Below are positions 21,078 to 30,483 of a stretch of 64,000 nucleotides of DNA, piece after piece. The stretch comes from an uncultured bacterium (GTDB taxonomy: Bacteria; Zixibacteria; MSB-5A5; UBA10806), in assembly GCA_965541585.1 (NCBI GenBank), contig CBEUCH010000009.1, forward strand, positions 32,001 to 96,000, given 5' to 3'. Numbering within the stretch: the first letter of the stretch is position 1; every line of letters starts with the position of its first letter. Under the pieces are notes generated by a model. That model worked only from the letters and a program-made list of their open reading frames with translations, did no database searches and was not told the DNA's origin. Position numbers and translations under genes: made by a program.

Positions 21078-22130
21078 TTACTCACCCCTCATCCTGATTT
21101 TGCCCCGGTACTTGGAATAGGTGCCGTAATCAAGATATTTTCTGTTGTCCGATTCCAGCATGTCCCTGGTCTTCGCCGCCTTGTCCTGCACCTCTTTTAT
21201 CCGGTCGGTCACCTTCCAGATAAAACCATCGCTACCGGCCCCGGAGCCATAGGAGACCATGAAGACCCAATCTCCCGGCCTGGCGACATCGAGTATCGCC
21301 GTAAGGCCCATGGGCGACGAGCCCGAATATGTATTGCCCAGAAGCGGACATAACCATCCGGTTTCTATCTGCTCTTTTGTGAAACCGAGTTTCTTGCCGA
21401 CGGTCATGGGGAATTTGCCATTCGGCTGGTGGAAGACCGCATAAGCAAAATCCTCGGGCTTCATGCCGGATTTATCCAATATCGCCCTGGCGCAGCCCGT
21501 GATGTGTTTAAAATAGGCCGGCTCTCCCGTGAAACGGGAGGCATGGCTGGGATAAAACTGATGTTCGCGTCGCCAGAAATCGGGTGTGTCAGTCATGAAT
21601 GAATGAGTGTAATGACACTCTGCGATAATATTCTCTTTGCCGAATATGAACGATGCCGCCCCCGCCGATGCGGAGTACTCCAGGGCATCACCGGGCGCTC
21701 CCTGCGAAGTATCTGCGCCGACACCGACTCCATACTCTATCTCACCGGCCTTAACCAGGCTCATGGCCACGAACATGCCCTCTGACCCGGCTTTGCAGGC
21801 GAATTCGAAATCGGCGCAATGGCAATCCGGGACCGCTCCGATAGCCTCCGCCAGGGTCGTTCCGCTCGGCTTGACCGCATACGGATGTGATTCCGAACCG
21901 ATATATACAGCGCCGATCTTCCGGGGATCGATGCCTGCACGCTTGATAGCGTGCCTGGTAGCCTCTACGGACATGGTTATCGTGTCCTGGTCCGGACCCG
22001 GAACAGATTTTTCCTGGAGCATCAAACCTCTTTTGTAGCTGGGGGCATCGGCGCCCCAGACCTTGGCGATCTCCTCGACTTTGATCCTGTTTCGTGGTAT
22101 GTATGCACCGTAACCAATTATTCCCGCCAT
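21078..22130 (-). CDS. Archaeal-type hydroxymethylglutaryl-CoA synthase
   Basis: GIIGYGAYIP, GSESHPYAVKP (Glu), EFACKAG (Cys), FHQPNGKFP (His), GNTYSGS and SYGSGAGSD. Confidence 0.93.
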   Translation of the reverse strand: MAGIIGYGAYIPRNRIKVEEIAKVWGADAPSYKRGLMLQEKSVPGPDQDTITMSVEATRHAIKRAGIDPRKIGAVYIGSESHPYAVKPSGTTLAEAIGAVPDCHCADFEFACKAGSEGMFVAMSLVKAGEIEYGVGVGADTSQGAPGDALEYSASAGAASFIFGKENIIAECHYTHSFMTDTPDFWRREHQFYPSHASRFTGEPAYFKHITGCARAILDKSGMKPEDFAYAVFHQPNGKFPMTVGKKLGFTKEQIETGWLCPLLGNTYSGSSPMGLTAILDVARPGDWVFMVSYGSGAGSDGFIWKVTDRIKEVQDKAAKTRDMLESDNRKYLDYGTYSKYRGKIRMRGE

Positions 22131-22466
22131 AAAAAATCCTCGCTCGCTGGATCTATTTTGAAAGCTGTTTGCATCTCGTTTTCATAGTTTTAGCAATCTA
22201 AGATTTGGGTATCTTAATGTCAACTTATTTGCCTTAAAATCAGTTGGATGCCCAGTATATTCATCTGTTGCGAGCGCCCAAGCTCACTTCCTCCATCTAA
22301 TGCTAAAATCGATTATTATATTTTTCAGGTGGAAGCTAGGGACATACCGGGGATTGTACAATGAAAGCAGCAACGGAATACTAAAATCGAATTGATTATT
22401 GCTCGATCAAACCATATATTTGCGCCCGGTGATCTATCGGAAAAGAATCTTTTTTTAGGGTAGATA

Positions 22467-23237
22467 ATGAAAAAAATCACAAATCCGTATCTGATGCAGG
22501 GAATATTGTCGATCATTATCGTGACAGTTTCATGTGGATTATTCGCTCCTTCCGAAGATGCGTATCTGAAAAACTATACCAAGGCCCACGAGTACATGGT
22601 TCAAAACCTGCCTCATAAAGCGATTCCTTTTTATAAAAAGGCGTTAAAGCAAAAAGAAGATTTTACATCGGCCTATCAGGAGATTGCCGTGTGCCTGCAG
22701 ATGATAGGGGAGAACGACAGCGCCATAGTCTATTATGAGGGCGCCATTGTATACAATCCCCGCAATGTCGATGCCTACCAGTCCATAGGCAATATTTACT
22801 ATATGCAGGGGAATTATGATGATGCCCTCATAAGGTATGACCAGGCCACCGAGGTCGATGATCTCTACCCCCGTTCATACAACAACATGGCCACCATCTG
22901 GCTTTCACGCGGAAACTATGAGAAAGCAAAATATTACTATGAACTGGCAATTACCGTCGATGCCACCTATCCGCGTGCTTATTACGGTCTGGGTATAGTT
23001 GCCCTGAAGCAGGGAGATATAGAGGAAGCGGAAGCGAAGTTCTTGGACGCGGTCAAGGTTGGCTCCATGCCGGAGGCGATCTATATGCTGGGGCAGTTGA
23101 ATTTCGAAAAGAGGACTTACAATAAGGCGAAAAACTGGTTCGAGAGATATCTTGAAAAAGAACCGATTGGCGAATGGGCCGAAAAGGCGAAAGATATGCT
23201 GCTTATTATGAAGCAGAGCAATGCGGATAATGAATAA
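22467..23237 (+). CDS. Tetratricopeptide-repeat lipoprotein
   Basis: Lipobox VSCG followed by several TPR units. Confidence 0.85.
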   Translation: MKKITNPYLMQGILSIIIVTVSCGLFAPSEDAYLKNYTKAHEYMVQNLPHKAIPFYKKALKQKEDFTSAYQEIAVCLQMIGENDSAIVYYEGAIVYNPRNVDAYQSIGNIYYMQGNYDDALIRYDQATEVDDLYPRSYNNMATIWLSRGNYEKAKYYYELAITVDATYPRAYYGLGIVALKQGDIEEAEAKFLDAVKVGSMPEAIYMLGQLNFEKRTYNKAKNWFERYLEKEPIGEWAEKAKDMLLIMKQSNADNE

Positions 23238-23244
23238 CAAAGAA

Positions 23245-23468
23245 GTAGGTCGGGTTTATGGTGTGCCCGCGGGCTGTGAAACCCGACAAAAAAGCACAGC
23301 CTGCGTGTCGCCTTTATTGCGACCGCTCTTGGTGCGGTCATAACAAGTTATGACACGCAGGATATCATTTCGCAAGACGAAGGAGAGAATAAGTAGAGAT
23401 GTAGGTCGGGAGCCCTGCGCTCCCGACAAAGAAGGATAGCCTGTGTGTCACCTTTATTGTGATCGCTG
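23245..23468 (+). repeat. Two direct-repeat REP-like units
   Basis: GTAGGTCGGG...CCCGACAAA followed by a shared tail AGCCTGYGTGTCRCCTTTATTGYGAYCGCT, at 23245 and 23401. Confidence 0.75.
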
Positions 23469-23496
23469 AGGTGGGATTAGCAGTTTAAAAGAAGAT

Positions 23497-23856
23497 TTGG
23501 CTGGTAGGGATATTTGTATGGATGTAAGTCGATACGTGAGACCTTTTAGAAAAATATATTATTACTTAACTATCTTCACTTTTTGTATGCTTTTTTTAAC
23601 TGGATTAGTGACCTTGATATCAAATAGTATGGAAAGTTGGGTTGATTTTATAGATGCTATGGTTTTAACGCCTCTCACTGCCGGATTCCATTTGTTACTT
23701 ATCATGATTCTGTTGAGTATTGCCGGTATTATTATCGATTGGGCTCGGAAACTAAGATATTTTCTAATTATAATCGGATGCCTTACCTCAATGGTTTTTC
23801 TATTTTTGTATTCAGTATTTTTTTATTTTTTAAATGTAGGCGGATTTTATCAATAG
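23497..23856 (+). CDS. AT-rich hypothetical membrane protein
   Basis: Three hydrophobic segments; visibly more AT-rich than its flanks; start may be ATG 23518. Confidence 0.55.
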   Translation: MAGRDICMDVSRYVRPFRKIYYYLTIFTFCMLFLTGLVTLISNSMESWVDFIDAMVLTPLTAGFHLLLIMILLSIAGIIIDWARKLRYFLIIIGCLTSMVFLFLYSVFFYFLNVGGFYQ

Positions 23857-23864
23857 ATAATAAA

Positions 23865-23891
23865 TGTAGGTTGGCAGTTTATCTGCTGACA
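23865..23891 (+). repeat. REP-like palindrome
   Basis: TGTAGGTTGGCAG-TTTAT-CTGCTGACA. Confidence 0.55.
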
Positions 23892-23929
23892 GCTGAGACT
23901 AAATAATCTGGTGCTAAGGAGGAAATAAG

Positions 23930-25114
23930 ATGGCTGGTGAAGCGGTAATATTATCGGCATGCAGATCGGCGGTCGGGAATTTTTTAGGCGGGCTGTCATC
24001 TTTTACCGCGCCGCAGCTGGGCGCATTGGCTATAAAGGAGGCAGTCAGACGGGCCGGCATCAATGTCGACGATATAGACGAGGTCATCATGGGGCAGGTG
24101 GTCCAGGGTGGCTCCAATCAGGCCCCCGGCCGCCAGGCGGCGGTTCATGGCGGCATACCGCCGACGGTTCCAGCCATGACCATCAATAAAGTCTGCGGCT
24201 CCGGTCTTAAGGCAGTGATGCTGTCGGCCCAGGCTATCAAGGCCGGGGACGGTCATCTGTTTGTCGCCGGAGGGCAGGAATCCATGTCCAATACCCCGTA
24301 TGCTCTTCATGGCGCCAGGGGAGGCTTGAAGTTCGGCCATAAAAAGCTGGTCGATCTCATGATCACCGACGGCCTCTGGGATTCGTTTAACGATTTCCAC
24401 ATGGGCGTCGCCGCCGAGTACACCGCCGAGAAATCAAAGTTGACACGCGAGGAACTCGACGAGTACGCCTTCAACTCACAGATGAAAGCCTCCAGGGCTG
24501 TCGAGGAAGGTAAGCTCGAGGCGGAGATTTTCCCCATTGAGATACCACAGCGAAAGGGCGACCCGATAATTTTCGATACGGACGAGGCTCCCAGGGCTGA
24601 AACCACCGTGGAGAAACTTGCCAAACTGAAACCAGCATTTCAAAAAGATGGAGTTGTTACTGCAGGCAATGCGCCTGGGCTAAACGATGGCTCAGCTGCC
24701 GTGGTGGTGTCGTCACTTGAATACGCTGAAGAAAAAGGTCATAAACCTTTGGCCAGAATCATCGCCTACGCCGCCGCCGGCACCGATCCCAGGGATCTGT
24801 TCTACGCGCCGATCTATGCAGTTCAAAAACTGATGAACAAGATGGGCGTCGATATCAACCACTGGGATTTAATCGAAGCTAACGAGGCCTTTGCGGCCCA
24901 GGCGATGGCCGACGGTAGAGAACTCGGCTGGGATTGGTCGCGGGTCAATGTCAACGGCGGAGCCATCGCGCTGGGACATCCCATCGGGGCCACCGGGGCC
25001 AAGATCCTTGCGACGCTAATCTACGCCCTAAAGGACCGCGATCTTAAGAAAGGGATGGTGACCCTCTGTCTCGGTGGCGGAAATGCCGTGGCCATGGCGA
25101 TTGAGATGATGTAA
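23930..25114 (+). CDS. atoB: Acetyl-CoA C-acetyltransferase (classical thiolase)
   Basis: [19 protein letters not shown] and LCLGGG motifs. Confidence 0.93.
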   Translation: MAGEAVILSACRSAVGNFLGGLSSFTAPQLGALAIKEAVRRAGINVDDIDEVIMGQVVQGGSNQAPGRQAAVHGGIPPTVPAMTINKVCGSGLKAVMLSAQAIKAGDGHLFVAGGQESMSNTPYALHGARGGLKFGHKKLVDLMITDGLWDSFNDFHMGVAAEYTAEKSKLTREELDEYAFNSQMKASRAVEEGKLEAEIFPIEIPQRKGDPIIFDTDEAPRAETTVEKLAKLKPAFQKDGVVTAGNAPGLNDGSAAVVVSSLEYAEEKGHKPLARIIAYAAAGTDPRDLFYAPIYAVQKLMNKMGVDINHWDLIEANEAFAAQAMADGRELGWDWSRVNVNGGAIALGHPIGATGAKILATLIYALKDRDLKKGMVTLCLGGGNAVAMAIEMM

Positions 25115-25207
25115 TATAGATGATGTTGTTTGATGTTGTCAAAGTGAGCTGTCGGGTCCCCGCACTCGACAGCCGTCCAGTAACGTGTCACAGTTCATTG
25201 TGAACGC

Positions 25208-25972
25208 ATGCGAGGGAGGAATTTTATGAAGGCAATGATCAATTTCATTTTGATTTCGATAATTTCTTTGATATTGGCCGGTTGCACCAAGAGCGGCACT
25301 CCTCCCGAGAGAACCGCCACCTCTACTTTTCCCCTTACAACTGACAGCAGATGGCATTATCAGGCTTACATGTACGATGTACCTTTCAATGATCCCTCGC
25401 TCGCCAATACAGTCCGGCGGGACATTATTAGATATGTTATAGGGCCGGATACTCTCTTGAATCTGCCCGAACTGGTTGCTGTCGAAGATACTATCATAAA
25501 CGAAAGCAGGATAGTCATCGATACTTTGATAATCAGGCGCTGGCAGGGAATCGATGAGCAAAGACTGAAAGAATACGCTTACTCATTCGTGGTCGATTCG
25601 GATCCGGATCCATATCTTTATGATATTCCACATATCATTCTGGATTTCCCGCTGTCCGCCGGTAAAGAATGGATTGCTTATTCATGGGATTTCGGCGTCG
25701 CCAACAGCGCCGTCGTGGGTGCCGAGCGGATAGATGTAGAATACGGCTCGTTTATTTGTGACGTACTTCTGACACGCGTCATCAATGGTTTTGAGCAAGA
25801 TGCCGATACACTTTCAGTCACTTACGAGTGGTTTTCTAATGACGGCTTGATTCGAAAAGAAATTGACTATGGGATTCGGGAAATACTTGATAAAGGTGGC
25901 ACTGTTCTGGATTCGGCCAGAATTATTGAAACCTGGGAATTGATAGATATGGAGATTCAAAACGATGGATAG
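25208..25972 (+). CDS. Hypothetical lipoprotein
   Basis: Lipobox LAGC; probable start ATG 25226 after GGGAGG. Confidence 0.75.
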   Translation: MRGRNFMKAMINFILISIISLILAGCTKSGTPPERTATSTFPLTTDSRWHYQAYMYDVPFNDPSLANTVRRDIIRYVIGPDTLLNLPELVAVEDTIINESRIVIDTLIIRRWQGIDEQRLKEYAYSFVVDSDPDPYLYDIPHIILDFPLSAGKEWIAYSWDFGVANSAVVGAERIDVEYGSFICDVLLTRVINGFEQDADTLSVTYEWFSNDGLIRKEIDYGIREILDKGGTVLDSARIIETWELIDMEIQNDG

Positions 25973-25998
25973 ATTCTGGATTAATAAAAGAAAGAAAA

Positions 25999-26865
25999 GT
26001 GGAAAGTGATATGCAAATCAAACAAATCGCAGTAATCGGCGGCGGCACCATGGGCAACGGTATCGCCCATGTCTTCGCCCAGAATGGATACGAAACCCTT
26101 CTTGTCGACACCGAACAGGAATTCCTCGACAGGGCTTTGGGCGCTATTAAGAAGAACCTCGAACGCCAGGCTAAAAAAGGCGCCATCGGCCCCGAGGATA
26201 TCTCATCGACCATGGGACGGATCAAGCCGACTATAAAACTGGATGAGGCCCGGATTGCCGATATCGTTATAGAGGCCGTCTTCGAAGATCCCCATGAAAA
26301 AGGTGAAATATTCGAAGAGCTTGATTCGATCTGTAAACCGGAAACGATTTTTGCGTCGAATACATCCTCGTTGCCTATAACGGCGTTGGCCGCTGATACC
26401 AAACGACCTGATAAGTTTATCGGTATGCATTTTATGAATCCGGTTCCGGTTATGAAACTGGTGGAGATCATTCGCGGGCTTGCCACTTCCGATGAGACCT
26501 GCGAAACAATCAAGGATCTGGCTGTCAAGTTAGGAAAAACTCCTGTGGAGGTTAACGACTATCCCGGTTTCATCTCAAATCGCGTCTTGATGCCGATGAT
26601 AAACGAGGCTATATACTGTTTGATGGAGGGCGTGGCCACCGCAGAGGATATTGATACGGTTATGAAATTGGGCATGAATCATCCCATGGGACCTCTGACC
26701 CTGGCCGACTTCATCGGTCTGGATGTCTGTCTGGATATCATGGAGGTCTTGCATGAGGGTTATTCCGATTCCAAATACCGTCCCTGCCCGCTTCTCAAAA
26801 AGATGGTGCAGGCGGAGTATCTCGGCCGGAAATCGGGGCGTGGTTTTTATGTTTATGAAAAATGA
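25999..26865 (+). CDS. hbd: 3-hydroxybutyryl-CoA dehydrogenase
   Basis: GGGTMGNGIA, SNTSS, GMHFMNPVP and NHPMGP motifs. Confidence 0.95.
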   Translation: MESDMQIKQIAVIGGGTMGNGIAHVFAQNGYETLLVDTEQEFLDRALGAIKKNLERQAKKGAIGPEDISSTMGRIKPTIKLDEARIADIVIEAVFEDPHEKGEIFEELDSICKPETIFASNTSSLPITALAADTKRPDKFIGMHFMNPVPVMKLVEIIRGLATSDETCETIKDLAVKLGKTPVEVNDYPGFISNRVLMPMINEAIYCLMEGVATAEDIDTVMKLGMNHPMGPLTLADFIGLDVCLDIMEVLHEGYSDSKYRPCPLLKKMVQAEYLGRKSGRGFYVYEK

Positions 26866-26898
26866 ATTGTCTTTTTGAATATAATTAGAGGTGGCGCG

Positions 26899-28044
26899 AT
26901 GGAATTTGAATTGGGTGAAGATCAGAAACTGATGCAGGGGGCGGCCAGGGAGTTTGCCGAGAAGAAGCTGATGCCGATCGCCGAGAAAATGGACGAGGAC
27001 GAAGCGGTTCCTGCTGAAATCTATAAAGAACTCGGTGAACTCGGATATTTCGGTATGCTTCTCCCGGAGAAATATGGGGGTCTCGATTTGGATACGCTCT
27101 CCTACGTCTGCGCCATGGAGGAGTTGGCCAGAGGATCGGCCGGGGTCATGATCGGTCTTTCGGTTCATAATTCGCTCTGCTGCAGCGCCGTATATGACTG
27201 GGGCTCCGATTACCTCAAGGAAAAGTACCTTCCGGGTATGGCCTCCGGCGAGCTATTCGGGTCTTATTGCCTTTCCGAGCCCGGCTCCGGCACTGATGCC
27301 GGCTCTCTTCAATGCACGGCGGATGAGAAAAACGATAAATTCGTTTTAAACGGGACCAAATCGTGGATCACCTCTGCGGGCGTGGCCAGGGTTTTTATCG
27401 TCTTCGCATTGACAGATAAGGCGGCCGGGCCGAATGGGATTTCCTGTTTTGTCGTGGATAGAGATACACCCGGATTGAACCTGGGCGCTAAAGAGAAGAA
27501 GATGGGGATCAAACCGTCCGACACACGCGAGGTTTCTTTCATCGACTGCGAAGTGCCAAAAGAGAACTTAATCGGCGAGAAAAATAATGGGTTCAAAGTT
27601 GCCCTTTCGCTTCTCGATGGCGGCCGGATAGGTGTCGCCGCCCAGGGAGTCGGTATCGCTCAGGCGTCTTTCGAAGAAGCTTATAAATATGCTCACGAGC
27701 GGGAGCAGTTCAACCAGCCTATCGCCAATTTCCAGACCATCCAGTTCAAGCTTGCAGATATGGCCATGAGGATAGAGGCGGCCCGGCTTCTGACCTATTC
27801 CGGGGCCTGGAAGAAAGATCGCCCGGGGCGTGATACAGCCAGGTACATTTCCATGGCGAAATTGTTCGCATCGGAAACCGCCAACTGGGTGGCCAATCAG
27901 GCGGTGCAGATACATGGCGGCTACGGATATGTAAAAGAGTACGCGGTCGAACGGTATTTCCGGGACGCGCGCGTAACCGAGATCTATGAGGGAACATCGG
28001 AAGCGCAGCGAATGGTTATATTCAGAAGCCTGGGGAAGAAATAG
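26899..28044 (+). CDS. Short/branched-chain acyl-CoA dehydrogenase
   Basis: CLSEPGSGTD, GTKSWIT, QIHGGYGY and IYEGTSE; ATG 26899 follows GAGGTG. Confidence 0.95.
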   Translation: MEFELGEDQKLMQGAAREFAEKKLMPIAEKMDEDEAVPAEIYKELGELGYFGMLLPEKYGGLDLDTLSYVCAMEELARGSAGVMIGLSVHNSLCCSAVYDWGSDYLKEKYLPGMASGELFGSYCLSEPGSGTDAGSLQCTADEKNDKFVLNGTKSWITSAGVARVFIVFALTDKAAGPNGISCFVVDRDTPGLNLGAKEKKMGIKPSDTREVSFIDCEVPKENLIGEKNNGFKVALSLLDGGRIGVAAQGVGIAQASFEEAYKYAHEREQFNQPIANFQTIQFKLADMAMRIEAARLLTYSGAWKKDRPGRDTARYISMAKLFASETANWVANQAVQIHGGYGYVKEYAVERYFRDARVTEIYEGTSEAQRMVIFRSLGKK

Positions 28045-28045
28045 A

Positions 28046-29203
28046 ATGTGGACCAGCGACAAGCATGAAAAATATAGGGCCCTGGTCAGAGAGTTCGCCG
28101 AAAGCGAAATCGGGCCGATAACGCAGAAAATGGACCGTGATCAGATCTTCCCCAAGGAACTGGTGAAGAAACTCTGTGATTTCGGTCTCCTCGGTATGGT
28201 GGTGGATAAAAAATACGGCGGAACCGAGATCGATATGATGACTTATATTATCGCCGTGGAGGAGGTTTCCCGGGTTTGCGGTTCAACCGGTATTACACTC
28301 GCGGCCCACAATTCCCTGGGCTGCTGGCCTATATTTGTCTTCGGCACCGAGGACCAGAAGGAGAAATATCTCCCTGAGATTACAACCGGCGGTAAGCTCG
28401 CCGCCTTCGGGTTGACAGAGCCGGAGGCTGGATCTGACGCCGGCGGCACCAGGACATTTGCGGAAAAAGTCGATGGCGGTTTCAAGGTCAACGGCACCAA
28501 GTGCTGGATCACCAATGCCGGTGTTGCCTCCACATTCATCTTTACAGCCAAGACTTCGCAGGAACCGGGCGTTCATTCTATATCGTCTTTCGTTATAAAG
28601 GCGGATGCCAAGGGCTTTTCTTCGGGCAAAAAAGAAAATAAAATGGGTCTTCGCGGCTCCGATACATGTTTTCTTCATTTTGACGATTGTTTCGTGCCGG
28701 ATGATGATTTACTGGGCCAGCAGGGGGAGGGATTCAAGCAATTCATGAAAACTCTCGATGGCGGCCGGATTTCTATTGGGGCAATGGCGCTCGGCTTGGC
28801 ACAGGGTGCCTATGATGTTGCCGTCCGCTATGCGAAAGAAAGAAAGCAATTCGGTAAACCGATAGCGGATTTCCAGGCGGTCGGTAACAAATTGGCCGAT
28901 ATGGCCACACAGATTCAAGCCGCCCGCCACCTGGTCTACCATGCCTCCTATCTAAAGGACGAAGGCAAACATCGCTATACCAAAGAATCGGCCATGGCCA
29001 AACTTTACGCTTCCGAGGTCGGTAATAGGGTAACTTATGATGCCATCCAGATCCTTGGCGCCGAGGGTTTCGGAGATAGATATCCTGTGGAGAGAATGTA
29101 CCGCGATGTCAAGCTTTGCGAGATAGGGGAGGGAACTTCCGAGATACAGAGGATAGTTATATGCAGACAGTTGTTGAAGGAGATCGAGCAGGGAGAAAAA
29201 TGA
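28046..29203 (+). CDS. Second short/branched-chain acyl-CoA dehydrogenase
   Basis: GLTEPEAGSD, GTKCWIT and EIGEGTSE; ATG 1 nt after the preceding stop. Confidence 0.95.
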   Translation: MWTSDKHEKYRALVREFAESEIGPITQKMDRDQIFPKELVKKLCDFGLLGMVVDKKYGGTEIDMMTYIIAVEEVSRVCGSTGITLAAHNSLGCWPIFVFGTEDQKEKYLPEITTGGKLAAFGLTEPEAGSDAGGTRTFAEKVDGGFKVNGTKCWITNAGVASTFIFTAKTSQEPGVHSISSFVIKADAKGFSSGKKENKMGLRGSDTCFLHFDDCFVPDDDLLGQQGEGFKQFMKTLDGGRISIGAMALGLAQGAYDVAVRYAKERKQFGKPIADFQAVGNKLADMATQIQAARHLVYHASYLKDEGKHRYTKESAMAKLYASEVGNRVTYDAIQILGAEGFGDRYPVERMYRDVKLCEIGEGTSEIQRIVICRQLLKEIEQGEK

Positions 29204-29355
29204 GAGAGTTTCTCGAAATCGGATTGATAATCGGCGTCTGGTTCTTCCTCGTGAAATATCTATTCCCCAGGCTTGGAGTTCCCACCTGATGTTCATCCTC
29301 GAGCCGTCCCGTGGGGAAGGAAAAACATAAGGACGGGGTCGAGCCACATTTATAA
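29200..29355 (+). CDS. Small membrane protein with in-frame TGA (possible selenopeptide; 29 aa if the TGA is a stop)
   Basis: RBS GGGAGA and ATGA overlap; MREFLEIGLIIGVWFFLVKYLFPRLGVPT-TGA(29287)-CSSSSRPVGKEKHKDGVEPHL*. Confidence 0.55.
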
Positions 29356-29473
29356 TAGAATATATGTCACGTTAAGAAAAAACTAATGCTGGCGCCGTCC
29401 TTTTATCCAGGACGTTATTGAACTACTAATCTGAGAGACAAAAATCTATAATACATTCTCTGGATTCTATATC

Positions 29474-30259
29474 TCAATCCGGATCTTCGCTTCCGGTTTC
29501 GGGCGGTTTAGCGGGAGTAATAGTGATCGGATTCTTGCCTGATTCCGACGGCGTAGAAGTGGCGGGCGCGTTATGCCAGTGGCCGTGTTCAGAAGACCAG
29601 ACTTTTCCCTCTGGAGCCGGACCTGGAGGTTGTGGAGTTGGCTCAGCGCTCGCTCTGGTTGTTGCGCTGGGTTTGATATTGGTCGGGACCGTGCTTGATC
29701 CGGATGGCCTTGCTGCAATAGGTGCATCATGCCAGTGGCCGTGTTCCTCAGACCAGGCTTTACCCTCTGGTGCAGGCCCGGGGGGTTGAGGAGTTGGCTC
29801 TCCGGGAGTCTCAGATATTGCGCCGGGCTCGTCATGCCAGTGACCGTGTTCCTCAGACCAGACTTTGCCTTCAGGGGCTAACCCCGGAGGTTGAGGCGTA
29901 AATTTCGTAGCGAAGTCAGACGCGGCCCCCTGCTCGTCGTGCCAGTGGCCGTGCTCCTCAGACCAGACCTTACCCTCGGGAGCGGTTCCCGCAGGCTGAG
30001 ACTGAATAGGCTGAACGCGCTTCGAGAGTACCTCGGTCGAGAATTCCTCTGATATGGGGGCCGTTGTAGGAATTGTGGGTTCTGAAAAAATCATATATGC
30101 TGCTATCCCCCCCCCCACGATAACGATAATCGGCGCGATAAACTTAAGCCTGGACCCTTTTTCTGAGCTGGATCCGGCTCCCTGCCTTCCACAGCAGTTC
30201 TTATACTTTTTGCCGCTTCCGCAGGGGCAGGGGTCTCTTCGCTGGATCTTTGACGACAT
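29474..30259 (-). CDS. SEC-C motif membrane protein with four PEGKVWSEEHGHWHD repeats
   Basis: RRDPCPCGSGKKYKNCC, one TM helix, then Pro-rich His/Trp repeats. Confidence 0.88.
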   Translation of the reverse strand: MSSKIQRRDPCPCGSGKKYKNCCGRQGAGSSSEKGSRLKFIAPIIVIVGGGIAAYMIFSEPTIPTTAPISEEFSTEVLSKRVQPIQSQPAGTAPEGKVWSEEHGHWHDEQGAASDFATKFTPQPPGLAPEGKVWSEEHGHWHDEPGAISETPGEPTPQPPGPAPEGKAWSEEHGHWHDAPIAARPSGSSTVPTNIKPSATTRASAEPTPQPPGPAPEGKVWSSEHGHWHNAPATSTPSESGKNPITITPAKPPETGSEDPD

Positions 30260-30483
30260 ATTTCTCTACTCTTCTCCTGCCGGTCGTATCGGCAAAACCA
30301 ATATTGCCATTTTACTTATACGCACAATATCAAGAATAAGCAATTATCAAAAAAAGTCAAGCAAGGATGCTAACCTCATTTTCTTGTTGAAAAAGGTTTT
30401 CATTTGCCGTCTTCGATTGTATGTTTGGAAAGGGCAATGGATTAGACCTGTATTAAGCGAATTGCAGGCCGGGAGAAGATTAC

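Noticed and set aside
23245..23468. Possible CRISPR array or integron attC sites
   Set aside because: Only two degenerate units, no regular spacers, no cas or integrase genes, and no clear attC core sites.
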